From: Alphaproteobacteria bacterium
GTDB taxonomy: Bacteria; Pseudomonadota; Alphaproteobacteria; UBA828
Length of the DNA: 64,000 bases
Direction: 5' to 3'
NCBI GenBank assembly: GCA_965221125.1
Contig: CBDCRW010000006.1
Location: forward strand, 768,001 to 832,000
Shown here: piece after piece, positions 39,970-51,463 of the stretch
Numbering within the stretch: position 1 is the stretch's first letter
How the letters are laid out: each line of letters opens with the position of its first letter
Made by a program: the position numbers and the translations under genes
The notes under the pieces: generated by a model
Told to the model about the DNA's origin: nothing
Databases searched by the model: none
Seen by the model: only the letters and a program-made list of their open reading frames with translations

Positions 39970-41238
<1,269 letters not shown>

Positions 41239-41463
41239 GTCCGCTCCGTGCCGTCGCCCGTCGGGGCCTGCCTCAAAGAGCCGCCCTCAGGCTTCAGGGG
41301 CTCTTCTCCAGACAACCCTAACAGCGTGAGGTTGGCAAACAGCCCGGCCCGTGTCTAGGCCGAACATACGCTGTTTTCCAGCCCCAATATGTAGTGTTTC
41401 CTGGCCTGAATTCTCCAGCCGGACGTACCACGCGGAGGCCGCTTGTAGCGCCTGCCGCACTCT

Positions 41464-42123
41464 CTAGCCGCCCTTTTTCGCGCCGCCCTTGCCCTCCGAG
41501 TCGTCCGGAGTCTCCGGCCGGCGCGCCACCACGTCGTCCACGATGCCGAAGTCCTTGGCCTCGTCCGGCGTCATGAACTTGTCGCGCTCCAGGTTCTCCT
41601 CGATGACCGCGATGTCCTGGCCGGTATGGCTCACGTAGATGTCGTTGAGGCGCTGGCGCAGCAGCAGGATCTCCTTGGCGTGGATCTCGATGTCGCTGGC
41701 CTGGCCCTGAAAGCCGCCGGAGGGCTGGTGCAGCATGATGCGGGCGTTGGGCAGGGCGAAGCGCTGCCCCTCGGCGCCGGCCGCCAGCAGGAGCGAGCCC
41801 ATGGAGGCCGCCTGGCCGATGCAGAGCGTCGCCACCGCCGGGCGCACGTACTGCATCGTGTCGTAGATCGCGAGCCCCGACGTCACTAGGCCGCCGGGGC
41901 TGTTGATGTAGACCGAGATGTCCTTGGTCGGGTTCTCCGATTCCAGGAAGAGCAGCTGCGCCGTCACCAGGCTCGCGACCTCGTCGCCGATGCCGCCGGT
42001 GAGAAAGATGATCCGCTCCTTCAGCAGGCGCGAATAGATGTCGTAGGCGCGCTCGCCCCGGTTGGTCTGCTCCACGACCATGGGCACCAGGGTGTTGGCG
42101 TAGGTCTCGACGATGTCCGCCAT
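41464..42123 (-). CDS. clpP: Clp protease proteolytic subunit
   Basis: [26 protein letters not shown]. Confidence 0.98.
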   Translation of the reverse strand: MADIVETYANTLVPMVVEQTNRGERAYDIYSRLLKERIIFLTGGIGDEVASLVTAQLLFLESENPTKDISVYINSPGGLVTSGLAIYDTMQYVRPAVATLCIGQAASMGSLLLAAGAEGQRFALPNARIMLHQPSGGFQGQASDIEIHAKEILLLRQRLNDIYVSHTGQDIAVIEENLERDKFMTPDEAKDFGIVDDVVARRPETPDDSEGKGGAKKGG

Positions 42124-42148
42124 GATGCTCTTCCTTCCGCCGAGGGGC

Positions 42149-43606
42149 TCAGTCCGACTTCTCGGGTGCGGCGCTCCCGTCCGCGGCGCCCGCGTCCGGC
42201 CCTGCATTCTCTTCCTCGCCTGCCTCGGCAGCCTCGGACTCCTCGGGCTCTTCGTCCTCGTCCGGGTCGCGCAGCAGGGTGTCGACGTCGACGACCTCGT
42301 CCGAGACCGTGGCGAGCTCGCTCAGAAAGGCGATCACCTTGTCCTCGAACACCGTGGGGCGGAAGCGCTCGAGCGCCTCCGGCTGGCCCCGGTAATACTC
42401 GAGCAGCCGCTGGGGCTCGGGATGCCCGCGCGCGCTCATCATGGCGGCGCGGAGCAGGTCCTCCTGCTCCACCGTGATCTCGTTGGACCCGCCGATTTCC
42501 GCGATCAGCAGGCCGAGGCGCACGCGGCGCTCGGCGATCTGGCGAAACTCCTCGCGCGCCTCCTCCTCCGGCTGGTCGAGCATCGCGGCGATATCCGACT
42601 CGGTCCTCTTGGCGTCGTTCTCGATCTGCTCCCAGACGGCCTCGAACTCCCGCTCGACCATGCCGGGCGGCACCTCGAAGCGGTAGCGCTCGTCGAGGAC
42701 ATCGAGCAGGGAACGCTTGAGCCGGGCCATCGAGGCCTGGTCGTACTGCTCCTGAATCTGATCCCGGATCACGCCGCGCAGCGCGTCGAGGTCGTCGGCG
42801 CCGCGCCGTTCGGCAAAGGCGTCGTCGACCGTCACGGGCTGCCGCTCCCGCACCTCCTTGACCGTGATCTTGAAGACCGTGACGGGCTCCGCCGCGCCGG
42901 CCTCGGCCGCTCCGGCTTCGGCCGCGTCGTCGCCTTCCTCCGACTCAGGCGGCGTGAGCGTCACCTCGCGCTCGTCGCCCGCCGCGGCGCCCACGAGCTG
43001 CTCCGTCATCTCCGGCAGGAGCGCTTCGGTGTCGAGCTCCAGCGGCAGGTCCTCGCCGCTGCGCTCCGGCGCGGGCGTGCCGTCGACCTCCACGGCGATG
43101 TCGACCATGAGCTGGTCGCCTTCCGCAGCGGGCCGTGGCGGGTCCACCGGCTCGAAGACCTTGTCGGCCTCGGCGAGGCGCGTGAGCGCGTCTTCGACGG
43201 AGTCGTCGCTCACCTCCGCCTTGAGCCGGGTGACCTCGAGCTCGGAGAAATCGCCGAGCTCGATGCTCGGCAGCACCTCCATCCCCATGGTGAACTCGAG
43301 GTCCTTGCCCTCGTCGAAGGCGGTGATCTCGATCTCCGGCTGCATGGCGGGGCGCAGCGCGCGCTCCTCGATGATCGCGCGCGAGCGGGTCTCGATCGTC
43401 TGCTGCAGCACCTCGCCCGTCACGCGCGGCTGGTAGTGCCGGCGCACGATCGAGAGCGGCACCTTGCCGCGCCGAAACCCTTTCATGGTGACCGTCTTGC
43501 GCAGCTCGTCGAGCCGCCCCTCGATATCGGCTTCGAGGTCGGCCGCCGGCACCGTCACCTTGAGCTCGCGCTTCAGTCCCTCGGAGAGGGTCTCCGTCAC
43601 CTGCAT
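42149..43606 (-). CDS. tig: Trigger factor
   Basis: [27 protein letters not shown]; upstream of clpP. Confidence 0.95.
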   Translation of the reverse strand: MQVTETLSEGLKRELKVTVPAADLEADIEGRLDELRKTVTMKGFRRGKVPLSIVRRHYQPRVTGEVLQQTIETRSRAIIEERALRPAMQPEIEITAFDEGKDLEFTMGMEVLPSIELGDFSELEVTRLKAEVSDDSVEDALTRLAEADKVFEPVDPPRPAAEGDQLMVDIAVEVDGTPAPERSGEDLPLELDTEALLPEMTEQLVGAAAGDEREVTLTPPESEEGDDAAEAGAAEAGAAEPVTVFKITVKEVRERQPVTVDDAFAERRGADDLDALRGVIRDQIQEQYDQASMARLKRSLLDVLDERYRFEVPPGMVEREFEAVWEQIENDAKRTESDIAAMLDQPEEEAREEFRQIAERRVRLGLLIAEIGGSNEITVEQEDLLRAAMMSARGHPEPQRLLEYYRGQPEALERFRPTVFEDKVIAFLSELATVSDEVVDVDTLLRDPDEDEEPEESEAAEAGEEENAGPDAGAADGSAAPEKSD

Positions 43607-43671
43607 GGTCTAACGCTCATGTCGTACTCCGCGTGTCCGGCGAACGCCGGTCGGGATGGGCAGGTCGGCGA

Positions 43672-43756
43672 TGGTGCGGGCGAAGGGACTCGAACCCCCA
43701 CGGCCTTAGCCACGTGGTCCTAAACCACGCGCGTCTACCAATTCCGCCACGCCCGC
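43672..43756 (-). tRNA. tRNA-Leu(TAG)
   Basis: GCGGGCG...CGTGG-TT-TAG-GA-CCACG, variable arm, GGTTCGAGTCC, CCA. Confidence 0.96.
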
Positions 43757-43910
43757 GCGCCTGTCGCGCCCCCTTCGCTGGTGAACCGCCCCGGAGCGGA
43801 GCAGCGTGGAGCGCCCTATAGCATAGAAGGGCGGTGGCAAGTCAAAAAGGGGCCGCATGCCGGCGTTTCTGCCTTGAATGCCGGCGGGCGGGCTGTTGAT
43901 ATCCCGATGC

Positions 43911-44000
43911 GGATGGGTGGCCGAGCGGTCGAAGGCACCGGTCTTGAAAACCGGCAGGGGTGCAAGCCCCTCGTGGGTTCGAATCCCACCCCATCCGCCA
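43911..44000 (+). tRNA. tRNA-Ser(TGA)
   Basis: GGATGGG...CCGGT-CT-TGA-AA-ACCGG, long variable arm, GGTTCGAATCC, CCA. Confidence 0.96.
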
Positions 44001-44220
44001 TATGCTTATCGCAAATTATTGATTTATATTACGTATTTGCGATGTCTCAGAAATTATGTCCCTCAAGAATTCACGGCATGGAAGCCATTTGGCCTCCGGC
44101 CCCGCTGGTGCTCTCCAGAGCTGTTCGGTGTCGTCGTCCGACCCGAAGGGCGACGCTGACCATGACCTTGATGAGAAATGCGGGCTGAAGCGTTGCCGTT
44201 TTGCACGGATTGGCTTTAAA

Positions 44221-44344
44221 GCGGTCCATTCCGGTCTATACCGGTCCAAAGTGGTCCAAAGTGGCCCAAAGTGGTCCGAAACGAGCGGCCCAAAGTGGCC
44301 CAAAGTGGCCCAAGGCGGCTCATGGTGGCCCAAGCTGGCCCGTC
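44221..44344. repeat. Degenerate 10-bp tandem array, consensus GTGG(C/T)CCAAA, about 12 units
   Basis: Six units, a 4-nt insertion (ACGA), then six more units. Confidence 0.85.
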
Positions 44345-44509
44345 CCGGCGGCGGCTGGAGTCCGATGGACAAGCCCCCGGCCATCGGGCGGTTCTCCGGG
44401 GCCGCGCCGGCCTGGCTTTCAATGGAGGGGCGACGGTCTGCGCGCTGCATCCGCAGAGCCTGCCCCCGCCCGCCGGCCCCGTGCACCGCACCATGGTGCG
44501 GGCAAGCCC

Positions 44510-45295
44510 CTATAGCTCGACGTCGACTCCCACCGGGCAGTGGTCGGAGCCCATCCGGTCGGGCCACATGAAGGCGCCCTGCACCCGCTTCATCGCCGCC
44601 GGCGAGGCGAGCACGTAGTCGATCCGCCAGCCGACGTTGCGCTCCCGCGCGCCGCCCCGCTGCGACCACCAGGAGTAGCGGTCCGGCTCGTCCGGGTGGA
44701 ACGCGCGGAAGGCGTCGACCCAGCCGGCCTCCAGCCAGCGGTCGATCTCGGCCCGTTCCACGGGCAGGAAGCCGCTGTTCTTCTCGTTGGCCTTGGGCCG
44801 CGCCAGGTCGATCGCGCGGTGCGCGGTGTTGTAGTCGCCGATCACCAGCACCGGGCAGCGGCGGCGCATGCGCTGCACCCGCTCGAACACCGCGCGGTAG
44901 AAGTCGAGCTTGTAGGGGACCCGGCTGTTGTCCCGGTCCTTCCCGTCCCCCTTGGGGAAGTACGCGTTGACCACGGCGAAGCGCCCGCGCTCGGTGCGGA
45001 AGTGCCCGGCCATGTAGCGGCCCTCGACATCGAAGCGGGCGATGCCGAGCCCGGCTTCCACGCGCTCGGGCTGGAGCCTCGAGTAGAGGCCGACCCCGCT
45101 GTATCCCCTGCGCTCGGCCGCGACGAAGGCCGTGTGCCAGCCGGCCGGCATGCGTGCTTCCTCGGGAATCTCGTCGTAGAGCGCGCGGACCTCCTGCACG
45201 CCCACGATGTCGGCCTCCGCGCGGGCGAGGAAATCCGCGAAGCCCTTCTTCACGCAGGCCCTGATCCCGTTGACGTTCCAGCTCACGACGCGCAT
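44510..45295 (-). CDS. xth: Exodeoxyribonuclease III
   Basis: SWNVNGIRA, QE, GDYN, GWRIDY, SDHCP. Confidence 0.95.
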   Translation of the reverse strand: MRVVSWNVNGIRACVKKGFADFLARAEADIVGVQEVRALYDEIPEEARMPAGWHTAFVAAERRGYSGVGLYSRLQPERVEAGLGIARFDVEGRYMAGHFRTERGRFAVVNAYFPKGDGKDRDNSRVPYKLDFYRAVFERVQRMRRRCPVLVIGDYNTAHRAIDLARPKANEKNSGFLPVERAEIDRWLEAGWVDAFRAFHPDEPDRYSWWSQRGGARERNVGWRIDYVLASPAAMKRVQGAFMWPDRMGSDHCPVGVDVEL

Positions 45296-45633
45296 CGGCT
45301 GCCCCTCGGCCTCCCCTACGATAGCATGACCGCTCCGCGCTAAGGTGGGGCGGCGAACGCCGCGAGACAACGGTTCTGTCGCGAGAGAGGGAACAGGGCA
45401 TGGCGGGCGCGATCCCCTCGCGCGCCCGACGATCGCACTCCCGCCCTTCCGTCGCCGCCGGCCGTGGAACGCGACGTTCCTAGAACGCGACGTTCCTTGC
45501 CCGCGCTTCGGTGCGCCGCTACCGTTTCGCAAAGGGCCGGGACGCCGCGCCCCTCCCGATCCTGCGGACAAGAGCGCTGAAAGAGCGCCCGGACGCACGA
45601 GTCCGAGAAGGGCCGCGAGCGGGAGAGAAGGCG

Positions 45634-47073
45634 ATGAAGCTCACGGACTATGCCGCCCACGATGCCCTGGGTCTGGCCGCGCTGGTCAAGAGCGGCGAGG
45701 TGACGGCGGAGGAGTTGCTCACCTGCGCGCTCGAAGCGGCGGAGGCGCTCGACGGCGACCTCAACGCCATCGTCCGCTCGATGGAGGCGGAGGCACGGGC
45801 CGCCATCGCGAACGGCGTGCCCGACGGGCCGTTCGAAGGCGTGCCCTTCCTGCTCAAGGACATCACGCTCTCCTACGCGGGCGTGCCTACCGATTGCGGC
45901 AGCCGCTTCTTCAAGGGCTGGACCCGCGACTTCGACAGCGAGATGGTGGTGCGGTGGAAGCGCGCCGGGCTCGTGATGTTCGCCAAGACCAACACGCCGG
46001 AGGCAGGCTCCAGCGGCTCCACGGAGCCCGTGGCCAACGGCCCCACTCATAACCCGTGGAAGCTCGGCTACTCGCCCGGCGGCTCCAGCGGCGGCTCGGC
46101 GGCCGCGGTGGCGGCAGGCATCGCGCCGGCCGGCCACGCCAACGACGGCGGCGGCTCGATCCGCATCCCGGCGTCGGCCTGCGGCCTGGTCGGACTCAAG
46201 CTCAGCCGCGGGCGCACGCCCAACGGCCCCGACTTCGGCGAGCTCTGGAACGGCATCGCCATCGAGCACGTGGTGACGCGCAGCGTGCGCGATTGCGCCG
46301 CCCTGCTCGATGCGACCGCCGGCCCCGGCATCGGCGAGCCATACCACGCGCCGCCGCCGGCGCGGCCCTTCTTGGGCGAGGTGGGCGCCGATCCCGGCCG
46401 GCTCAGGATCGGGATCTCGACGAAGGCGCCGACGGGCACCCCGGTCGATGCCGATTGCGTCCGCGCGACGGAAGCGGCGGCGGCGCTGCTGGAGGACCTG
46501 GGCCATATCGTCGAGCCCGCCGCGCCCGCGTTCGACGTCGAGACCATGTTCGACGGCTGGACCAGGATCTTCCAGGCGAACGAGGCCTGGGCCTTCGACG
46601 GCCACGGCGAGGCGACCGGGCAGACGCCTTCAAGTGAGAACACCGAGGCCAACAACCTCCATTTGATCGAAGCGGGGCGCAAGCTGAGCGGCGCCGACGT
46701 GCTGCAGGGGATCGCCGACGTCCACGCGACGACGCGGGACTTCGCGCGCTTCTACGAGCATCACGACATCTGGCTGACGCCGACGCTCGGCACCGCGCCG
46801 CCGCCTCTGGGTCACCTCTTCGCCGACGATGACGCCGAGGTCTTCTTCGAGCGACTGATGGCGTTCATCCCGTTCACGCCGATCTTCAACTGCACCGGCA
46901 ACCCGGCGATCTCGCTACCGCTTCACTGGAACGCGGAGGGGCTGCCCATCGGCGTGCACTTCGGCGGCCGCATGGCCGACGAGGCGACGCTCTTCCGCCT
47001 CGCAGCCCAGCTGGAGGAAGCCCGCCCCTGGCGCGACCGTCACCCGGAAACGGGCGTCTGGTCCCTCGGCTAG
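45634..47073 (+). CDS. Amidase-signature family enzyme
   Basis: [28 protein letters not shown]. Confidence 0.93.
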   Translation: MKLTDYAAHDALGLAALVKSGEVTAEELLTCALEAAEALDGDLNAIVRSMEAEARAAIANGVPDGPFEGVPFLLKDITLSYAGVPTDCGSRFFKGWTRDFDSEMVVRWKRAGLVMFAKTNTPEAGSSGSTEPVANGPTHNPWKLGYSPGGSSGGSAAAVAAGIAPAGHANDGGGSIRIPASACGLVGLKLSRGRTPNGPDFGELWNGIAIEHVVTRSVRDCAALLDATAGPGIGEPYHAPPPARPFLGEVGADPGRLRIGISTKAPTGTPVDADCVRATEAAAALLEDLGHIVEPAAPAFDVETMFDGWTRIFQANEAWAFDGHGEATGQTPSSENTEANNLHLIEAGRKLSGADVLQGIADVHATTRDFARFYEHHDIWLTPTLGTAPPPLGHLFADDDAEVFFERLMAFIPFTPIFNCTGNPAISLPLHWNAEGLPIGVHFGGRMADEATLFRLAAQLEEARPWRDRHPETGVWSLG

Positions 47074-47078
47074 ATCCC

Positions 47079-48146
47079 TTAGCTGGCTTCTCCCTCGTCC
47101 GGCGTAAGGCAGTCGGCGAACGAAGCGGCCATGTTGCTAAGCAGCGTGAAGTAGAGTTCCGGCCCGTCCTCGATCGACGCGCCCAGGGGGTCGACGGTGC
47201 CGGAGCGCACGTCGCTGCCTTCGATGACGGTCCGCACCAGGCGCCGGTCGAACTGCGGCTCGTCGAAGACGCAGACCACGCCCATCTCCTCCACCCTCTG
47301 GCGGAGTTGGAAGATGCGCCGCGCGCCGGGCGGGCGCTCCGGGCTCACGACCACCGAGCCTGCGGCGGAGAGGCCGAAGCGGTCCTCGAAGTAGCGGTAG
47401 CCGTCGTGGAAGACGATGAACGGCACGCCGCGCGCCGGCGCCACCCTCTCGGCGATGTCCCCGGTCAGGCTGTCCAGGCGCTGGAGCAGGGCGTCGACGT
47501 TGGCGTCGTAGGTGGCCGCGTTGGCGGGGTCGACCTCGCTCAGGGCGCCGGCGATCGCCCGCGCCATCGTCCAGCCGTTGATCGGGTCGAGCCAGACGTG
47601 CATGTCGTAGGGGCCGTGGGCATCGCCCTCGTCGGCATGGTCGTCGTGGCCGTGCCCGTGACCATGATCGTCGTCATGGTCGTCATGATGCATCGCTTCG
47701 TCGTCGTGGTCGTCGTGGTCCGCGTGGCCGTGGCTGCCGTGGTCGTGGTCCTCGAACGCGCCGCCCTCGCGGATCGTGCGCAACACCAGGCCCGGCGTGT
47801 CGGCGAGCCTGACCACGGGGGCGTCGCCTGCGAGCGAATCCACCGGGCCCGAGAGCGCGGTCTCCATCGTGTCGCCGACCATGAAGATGATGTCGGCATC
47901 CTCCAGCGCGGCCGCGTCCGAGGGGCGCATGGTGAAGGTATGCGGCGACGCGTTGCCCCGGATGATGAGGTGGGGCTCGCCGACGCCCGCCATCACGGCG
48001 CTCACCAGCGAGTGCACCGGCTTGATCGACGCGACCACCCGAAGCCCGTCGTCGCCCGCCGCCGGGCCGGCGGCGGCCCCGCCGAGGAATGCTGCCGTGG
48101 CGAGCGCAAGGGGGAGATGTCGTGCTGCCATCCGTGAACGATCCAT
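47079..48146 (-). CDS. znuA: Zinc ABC transporter substrate-binding protein
   Basis: VASIKPVHSL, SPH, His/Asp-rich loop, HVWLDP, FHDGY.YFE. Confidence 0.9.
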   Translation of the reverse strand: MDRSRMAARHLPLALATAAFLGGAAAGPAAGDDGLRVVASIKPVHSLVSAVMAGVGEPHLIIRGNASPHTFTMRPSDAAALEDADIIFMVGDTMETALSGPVDSLAGDAPVVRLADTPGLVLRTIREGGAFEDHDHGSHGHADHDDHDDEAMHHDDHDDDHGHGHGHDDHADEGDAHGPYDMHVWLDPINGWTMARAIAGALSEVDPANAATYDANVDALLQRLDSLTGDIAERVAPARGVPFIVFHDGYRYFEDRFGLSAAGSVVVSPERPPGARRIFQLRQRVEEMGVVCVFDEPQFDRRLVRTVIEGSDVRSGTVDPLGASIEDGPELYFTLLSNMAASFADCLTPDEGEAS

Positions 48147-48185
48147 GGTTGCGTCTCCGTCAATCGGGCGGGCGTGGTCAAGCGT

Positions 48186-48202
48186 ACGTTATAATATAAT
48201 GT
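48186..48202. promoter_or_regulatory. Probable Zur box
   Basis: AT-rich palindrome ACGTTATAATATAATGT about 40 bp upstream of znuA. Confidence 0.75.
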
Positions 48203-48243
48203 TCTGCTTGCATACCGGCGCGCTGAGGCCGGGTGCGGGCAAC

Positions 48244-49233
48244 TCAGCCGAGCGGCGTGTCGAGAAAGGCGATGAACGAGACCAGGCCGACGAGTGTGAC
48301 CAGGGCGGCGCCGGCGTAGTTCATGCCGTGGCGGAGGGTGCTGGCCCCGCCGCCGCCGGAGCGCTCCACGACCCGCATCGCGGCCTGCCGCGCGAGGATC
48401 GCGCCCACTCCCAGCACGCAGATGCTCGATCCGATGCCGAGCGACATCGCGGCCACCAGCAGCGTGCCGGGAACGATCATGTCGTTCGCCACCGCGTACA
48501 GCATGATCAGCACGGCGCCGGGGCAGGGGACCATGCCGGCCGCGAGCGCCAGGATGCCGCCTTCCGCCCGGCTGCCGTGGCCGTGGTGGTGATCGTGCCC
48601 GTGGTCATGATGGTGCCCATGACCGTGACCATGGGCGCGCCGTCCCAGCGACCCGCGCACGGCCCGATAGAGCATGTAGAGGCCGATGCCGACGATAATG
48701 AGGAAGCTCGCGGCGCGCACGCCCGGCACGTCCGCGAGCCCGAGCCCGAAGCCGCCGCGCAGCACGAGGTCGGCCAGCCAGACGATGACGATGGCGGCGA
48801 TGACGTGGACGATGGCGATCTGGACCGCCATCACCACGCCGCGCATCACCCGCGCCTCGCGCCCGAGGAAGTAGGACACGACGACGAACTTGCCGTGCCC
48901 CGGCCCGAACGCGTGCACGGCGCCGTAGGCGAACGCCACCGCAAGCGCGAGCAGGAAGGCGCCGAAATCCTCGCCGCGCTCGATGGCGTTCATGTGGAAG
49001 GCGACCTCGGTGTTGGCGCGGCGCTGGAAGTCCACCAGGACGTCCGTCGCCCTCTCGAAGAGGCCGCCGCCTTCGTCCACGATCTCGACCGCGACGGGGG
49101 CCGCCGCTCCCGCATTGTCTTGCGCGAGCGCGAGCGGTGCCGCGAAGAGGCTCGCCAGGAGGCCGATTCCGGCGACGAGCAGCAGCGTGAGCGGACCGCA
49201 GCCTCGTCGCCCGTGAAGCCGGAGGGGCGTCAC
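48244..49233 (-). CDS. RcnA/NiCoT-like metal transporter
   Basis: YGAVHAFGPGHGK, His-rich loop, GMVPCPGA. Confidence 0.85.
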   Translation of the reverse strand: MTPLRLHGRRGCGPLTLLLVAGIGLLASLFAAPLALAQDNAGAAAPVAVEIVDEGGGLFERATDVLVDFQRRANTEVAFHMNAIERGEDFGAFLLALAVAFAYGAVHAFGPGHGKFVVVSYFLGREARVMRGVVMAVQIAIVHVIAAIVIVWLADLVLRGGFGLGLADVPGVRAASFLIIVGIGLYMLYRAVRGSLGRRAHGHGHGHHHDHGHDHHHGHGSRAEGGILALAAGMVPCPGAVLIMLYAVANDMIVPGTLLVAAMSLGIGSSICVLGVGAILARQAAMRVVERSGGGGASTLRHGMNYAGAALVTLVGLVSFIAFLDTPLG

Positions 49234-49236
49234 CGC

Positions 49237-49827
49237 CTAGCCCTCGCAGGCGAGCGTGACCGGCCGCGGGTGGCCCGATTGCGCCCCCGTGCCGCGCGCG
49301 ACGCGGAACGAGCATCCGGGCCCCATCGCGCCGCTGGCCAGCACGAAATCCGAATCCGGGAAGCTGAAATCGACGACGTTTTCTCGATCGAACAGGCTGA
49401 CCGTCACGGGATCGCTCGTCGGGTCCAGCGGCGGCGCAAGGGGCACGGAAAACGCGTAGACCAGCGTTGCGTCCTCGATCCGCGCCGAGAATTGATCCAC
49501 GTCGACGCCGTGGCGTTTCTCGTCACCCGACCACACGTGCACGTGGTAGTCGGCGGCCGAGAGCGGATCGAAGGTCTCGGCCCGCAGCTTCCCGGCCTCG
49601 AGGGGATCGAGCGCGCCGTCCCCGTCCAGATCGTAGGTGCGGATGGCGTGGGCGCTGTAGAAGTCGTCGAAGGCCCAGGAGAACGTCAGCCCGCTGACCC
49701 GCCGATCGTCGAACGCCACGGCGATCGTGGTCTCGACCCAGACGTCCGGGTTCGCGCGCGCCTCGGTCGCCGCCAGCGACACGGCCACGGCGACACCCAT
49801 CGCCCCCATCCTGCCGATCGCCGCCAT
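49237..49827 (-). CDS. DUF1007-like periplasmic protein
   Basis: Signal peptide ending ARA-NPDVWV, WAFDDFYS, EF-hand-like DLDGDGALD; start uncertain. Confidence 0.7.
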   Translation of the reverse strand: MAAIGRMGAMGVAVAVSLAATEARANPDVWVETTIAVAFDDRRVSGLTFSWAFDDFYSAHAIRTYDLDGDGALDPLEAGKLRAETFDPLSAADYHVHVWSGDEKRHGVDVDQFSARIEDATLVYAFSVPLAPPLDPTSDPVTVSLFDRENVVDFSFPDSDFVLASGAMGPGCSFRVARGTGAQSGHPRPVTLACEG

Positions 49828-49926
49828 GGCCGAATTAAGTGACATGTAAGGCAACATGTCAATCGACCTGTGCGCGAATCAGGCGTCGCCAGAGACCGTA
49901 TCCGTGACCTCAGTAAGAAATTCGGG

Positions 49927-50673
49927 CTAAGGCTCGAGGTCCATCCGCGGCAGCGAGACGTGCGTCGTCGAGTCCGTCAGCGCCTCCATCACCTTCCGCT
50001 GGCTTCCCCGCAGGGCCCTCTCGGTCAGCCGCGCGGCGCGCTCCCCGTCGCCGTCGATCAGCGCCGTCACCAGATCGTCGTGGAAGTGGTGGAACTCGTG
50101 CTCCCGCCGCTGCATCGCGAGCCCTAAGTGCACGATGCGCTCGTGCTGCTCCATGAGGCCGACGACCAGCGTGACCAGGCGCTGGTTGCCTGTGCTCTCC
50201 GCGACATAGCGGTGGAACTCGCGGTTCGCCCGCAGGTACGCCGCCTGGCCGGCCTCGTCGCCCGCCGGATAGGCCGCATGAGCGGCTTCGTTCAGCGCGC
50301 GCAGCCGGGCCGCATCCACCTTGCCGGCGGCGAGCCGGACGGCGGTGACCTCGAGCACGAGGCGCAGCTGGAAGATCTCCTGGATGTCGCGCAGCGTGAC
50401 CGGGGAGACCGCGTTCCCCTGCCTGCCGCGCGAGACGATCAGTCCCTCCTGGCGGAGCCGCATCATGGCGCTGCGGATCGGCGCCTTGCTCATGCCGTAG
50501 CGCGCGAAGAGCAGGCCCTCGGAGATTTCCTCGCCGGGCTGCAGGGCGCAGGAGATGATGTCGTCCTTGATGCGCGCGTAGGCGATATCGTTCAGGCTTT
50601 GTGCGCTGGCCTCTTTACTGTCTCTTTTAGTGCCCGCATTTGGCCGGGCCTCGCGATGTCTTTCGGAACTCAT
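49927..50673 (-). CDS. GntR/FCD transcriptional regulator
   Basis: AYARIKDDII..PGEEISE..SKAPIRSAM..L..EGL; NREFH. Confidence 0.9.
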   Translation of the reverse strand: MSSERHREARPNAGTKRDSKEASAQSLNDIAYARIKDDIISCALQPGEEISEGLLFARYGMSKAPIRSAMMRLRQEGLIVSRGRQGNAVSPVTLRDIQEIFQLRLVLEVTAVRLAAGKVDAARLRALNEAAHAAYPAGDEAGQAAYLRANREFHRYVAESTGNQRLVTLVVGLMEQHERIVHLGLAMQRREHEFHHFHDDLVTALIDGDGERAARLTERALRGSQRKVMEALTDSTTHVSLPRMDLEP

Positions 50674-50789
50674 GGATGGCCGTGTCCCTGCCGGCGGCTT
50701 GCCGAGAAGGCGTCCGCGCGAAGTTCTGATGGTAGCACGGCACCGTGCATACGTTTGCCGTCTGCACGGGTGAGAAATGCGGGCTAGGG

Positions 50790-51254
50790 CTAGGCCGGCC
50801 CGTCGCGCGACGGGACCTGGGCCAGCGCGCGGCCGGAGAGGACCACCTGATCGCCGACCGAGCACGTGGTCTCGAACTCGACGCGGCGGCGCTCCGGGAT
50901 CAGCCGGTCCACAACTGCGCGCGCCACCACCTCGTCGCCGGGCCTGACCGGCGCGGTGAAGCGGAGCGTCTGCGAGAGGTAGATGCACCCCGGCCCCGGC
51001 ATGCGGGTGCCGATGACCGTCGAGATCAATGCTGCGGTGCACATGCCGTGCACGATGCGCCCGCCGAAGCGGGAGCGTTCGGCAAAGTCGTCGTCGAAGT
51101 GGAGCGGATTGTCGTCGCCGGTGAGGTCGGCGAAGAGCCGCATCTCCTCGTCGCCGATCGTGCGCCGGAATTCGGCGCTCATGCCGATCGCCAGATCCTC
51201 GAAACAGTAACCGGACCGGGCATCGTCCGGGGTCGCGACGGCAGCCTGCTCCAT
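50790..51254 (-). CDS. MaoC/PhaJ-like (R)-enoyl-CoA hydratase
   Basis: FADLTGDDNPLH, IVHGM, PGPG.IY.SQ.LRFTAPV. Confidence 0.9.
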   Translation of the reverse strand: MEQAAVATPDDARSGYCFEDLAIGMSAEFRRTIGDEEMRLFADLTGDDNPLHFDDDFAERSRFGGRIVHGMCTAALISTVIGTRMPGPGCIYLSQTLRFTAPVRPGDEVVARAVVDRLIPERRRVEFETTCSVGDQVVLSGRALAQVPSRDGPA

Positions 51255-51463
51255 GATCGAATCCCCTCCCTCGGCGTTGCGGAACGCCCGATTGTGCAGT
51301 GCAACATGACGCCTGTAAAGCGTGGGTCCGTGCCCCATCGCCACCGCCGCCCGTGCGTCTGCGCGGCCGCCCTGTTCGCCACCGCAGGCGCACGGTATAT
51401 GTGACGCTTCGGCCGGGGCGGCGGCGCGAGCCGTCGGCACGAGAGCAAGCGGGAGGAGAACCG

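Noticed and set aside
44221-44344. Possible CRISPR array
   Set aside because: Units are 10 bp and contiguous, with no unique spacers and no cas genes in the window
47636-47752. Low-complexity repeat DNA
   Set aside because: Encodes the His/Asp-rich loop normal for ZnuA
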